Shown here: piece by piece, positions 63,486 to 64,000 of the stretch | Layout: every line of letters begins with the position of its first letter | How positions within the stretch are numbered: the stretch's first letter is position 1 | From: a virus | Length of the DNA stretch: 64,000 nt | Strand: one strand, 5' to 3' | Virus record (IMG/VR): IMGVR_UViG_3300042305_000730 | Coordinates: 32,979-96,978 of that record | The notes under the pieces: model-generated | What the model was told of the DNA's origin: nothing | What the model saw: the letters and a program-made list of their open reading frames with translations, nothing else | The model's database searches: none | Translations under genes and position numbers: made by a program

Positions 63486-64000
63486 TTAGTACCCCATTAA
63501 CGCAGTAGATAAGTATCCTTGCTGTGGGGTAAGGTCAATAACAACATCTTGACGAAGTGGCTCAGTATTATCTGCGTCAACTGGAATGTTCCCAGTACCG
63601 ATCTCTGGGAAGACTCGCTCAATTGGGCCGTAGTCACCAAGTTCTCGTTGTTTGTATATAGGTACAAGGTACCCAGTAGTCCTAGAAACCCGACGAAGGT
63701 TAAGTATTTCAATACGATCAAGCCCGATATTAAGCGCCCTTGCTTGCTTTTCGTATGCTCGCATCCAATACTCTAGGAGGCTTTGAACCATTCTAAATCG
63801 TTGGCTGGCAGGGATGTGTACAGATTCGGAGGTAGTTACATCTATATCTCTACTGTATTCAGTCATTAGTCCCCAAAGGGTTTCAACCACACAAGCCATA
63901 CCAATGGTGTCAATTACAATTGGGTTCATACTTTCTAGTGGTGTATCCACATTATAAGTATGTTGCTCTATAGCATGGATTGCGTAAAACCTTAGATCAG
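63486..64000 (-). CDS. head-tail adaptor (5' end outside the window)
   Basis: Frame stays open to the edge (DLRFYAIHAIEQH...); IPASQRFR...LNIGL.RI. Confidence 0.55.
   Translation of the reverse strand, partial: DLRFYAIHAIEQHTYNVDTPLESMNPIVIDTIGMACVVETLWGLMTEYSRDIDVTTSESVHIPASQRFRMVQSLLEYWMRAYEKQARALNIGLDRIEILNLRRVSRTTGYLVPIYKQRELGDYGPIERVFPEIGTGNIPVDADNTEPLRQDVVIDLTPQQGYLSTALMGY

Noticed and set aside
11417-63776. Numerous plus-strand ORFs in the track
   Set aside because: Antisense shadows of well-supported minus-strand genes, with no RBS or motifs.
1-64000. tRNA genes, integrase, transposase, reverse transcriptase/DGR
   Set aside because: No cloverleaf/T-loop signatures or catalytic motifs noticed by eye; tRNAscan and HMM searches would be needed to exclude them formally.

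Overview
Part of a large tailed-phage genome with a contractile tail. The host is most likely an actinobacterium (inferred from two WhiB genes, DUF6011/DUF932 early genes and leaderless promoters). Nearly all genes are on the minus strand. Layout: 1-2 kb virion/fibre genes; 2-10.6 kb small enzyme-like genes (ADP-ribosyltransferase-like, GNAT, zincin, papain-like, ParB/Srx, HicA-like), many sharing an N-terminal M-(A/P)-A-x-(E/D)-x-L-(N/S)-x-x-Q-F leader and leaderless promoters; 10.6-11.4 kb structured non-coding region with three MerR-operator-like palindromes; 11.4-26 kb early/accessory cassettes with repeated terminators, promoters and a polar TGTAATG motif; 26-33 kb low-complexity proteins, including four tandem genes with an M-P-K-G-x-D-T-R-H leader and a protein sharing a motif with the tape measure; 33-47.5 kb replication/recombination (SpoVS, resolvase, Cas4-like nuclease, RecA, PolA, SSB, MerR-HTH, SNF2, primase, DnaB, DnaC-like loader, iteron-containing initiator, candidate counter-transcript RNA); 48-64 kb holin, baseplate, tape measure, tube, sheath and neck. 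Best candidate for an undescribed system: a set of unrelated effector enzymes carrying a common N-terminal tag, possibly a capsid-targeting signal. All family calls are by-eye motif recognition; no database search was run.
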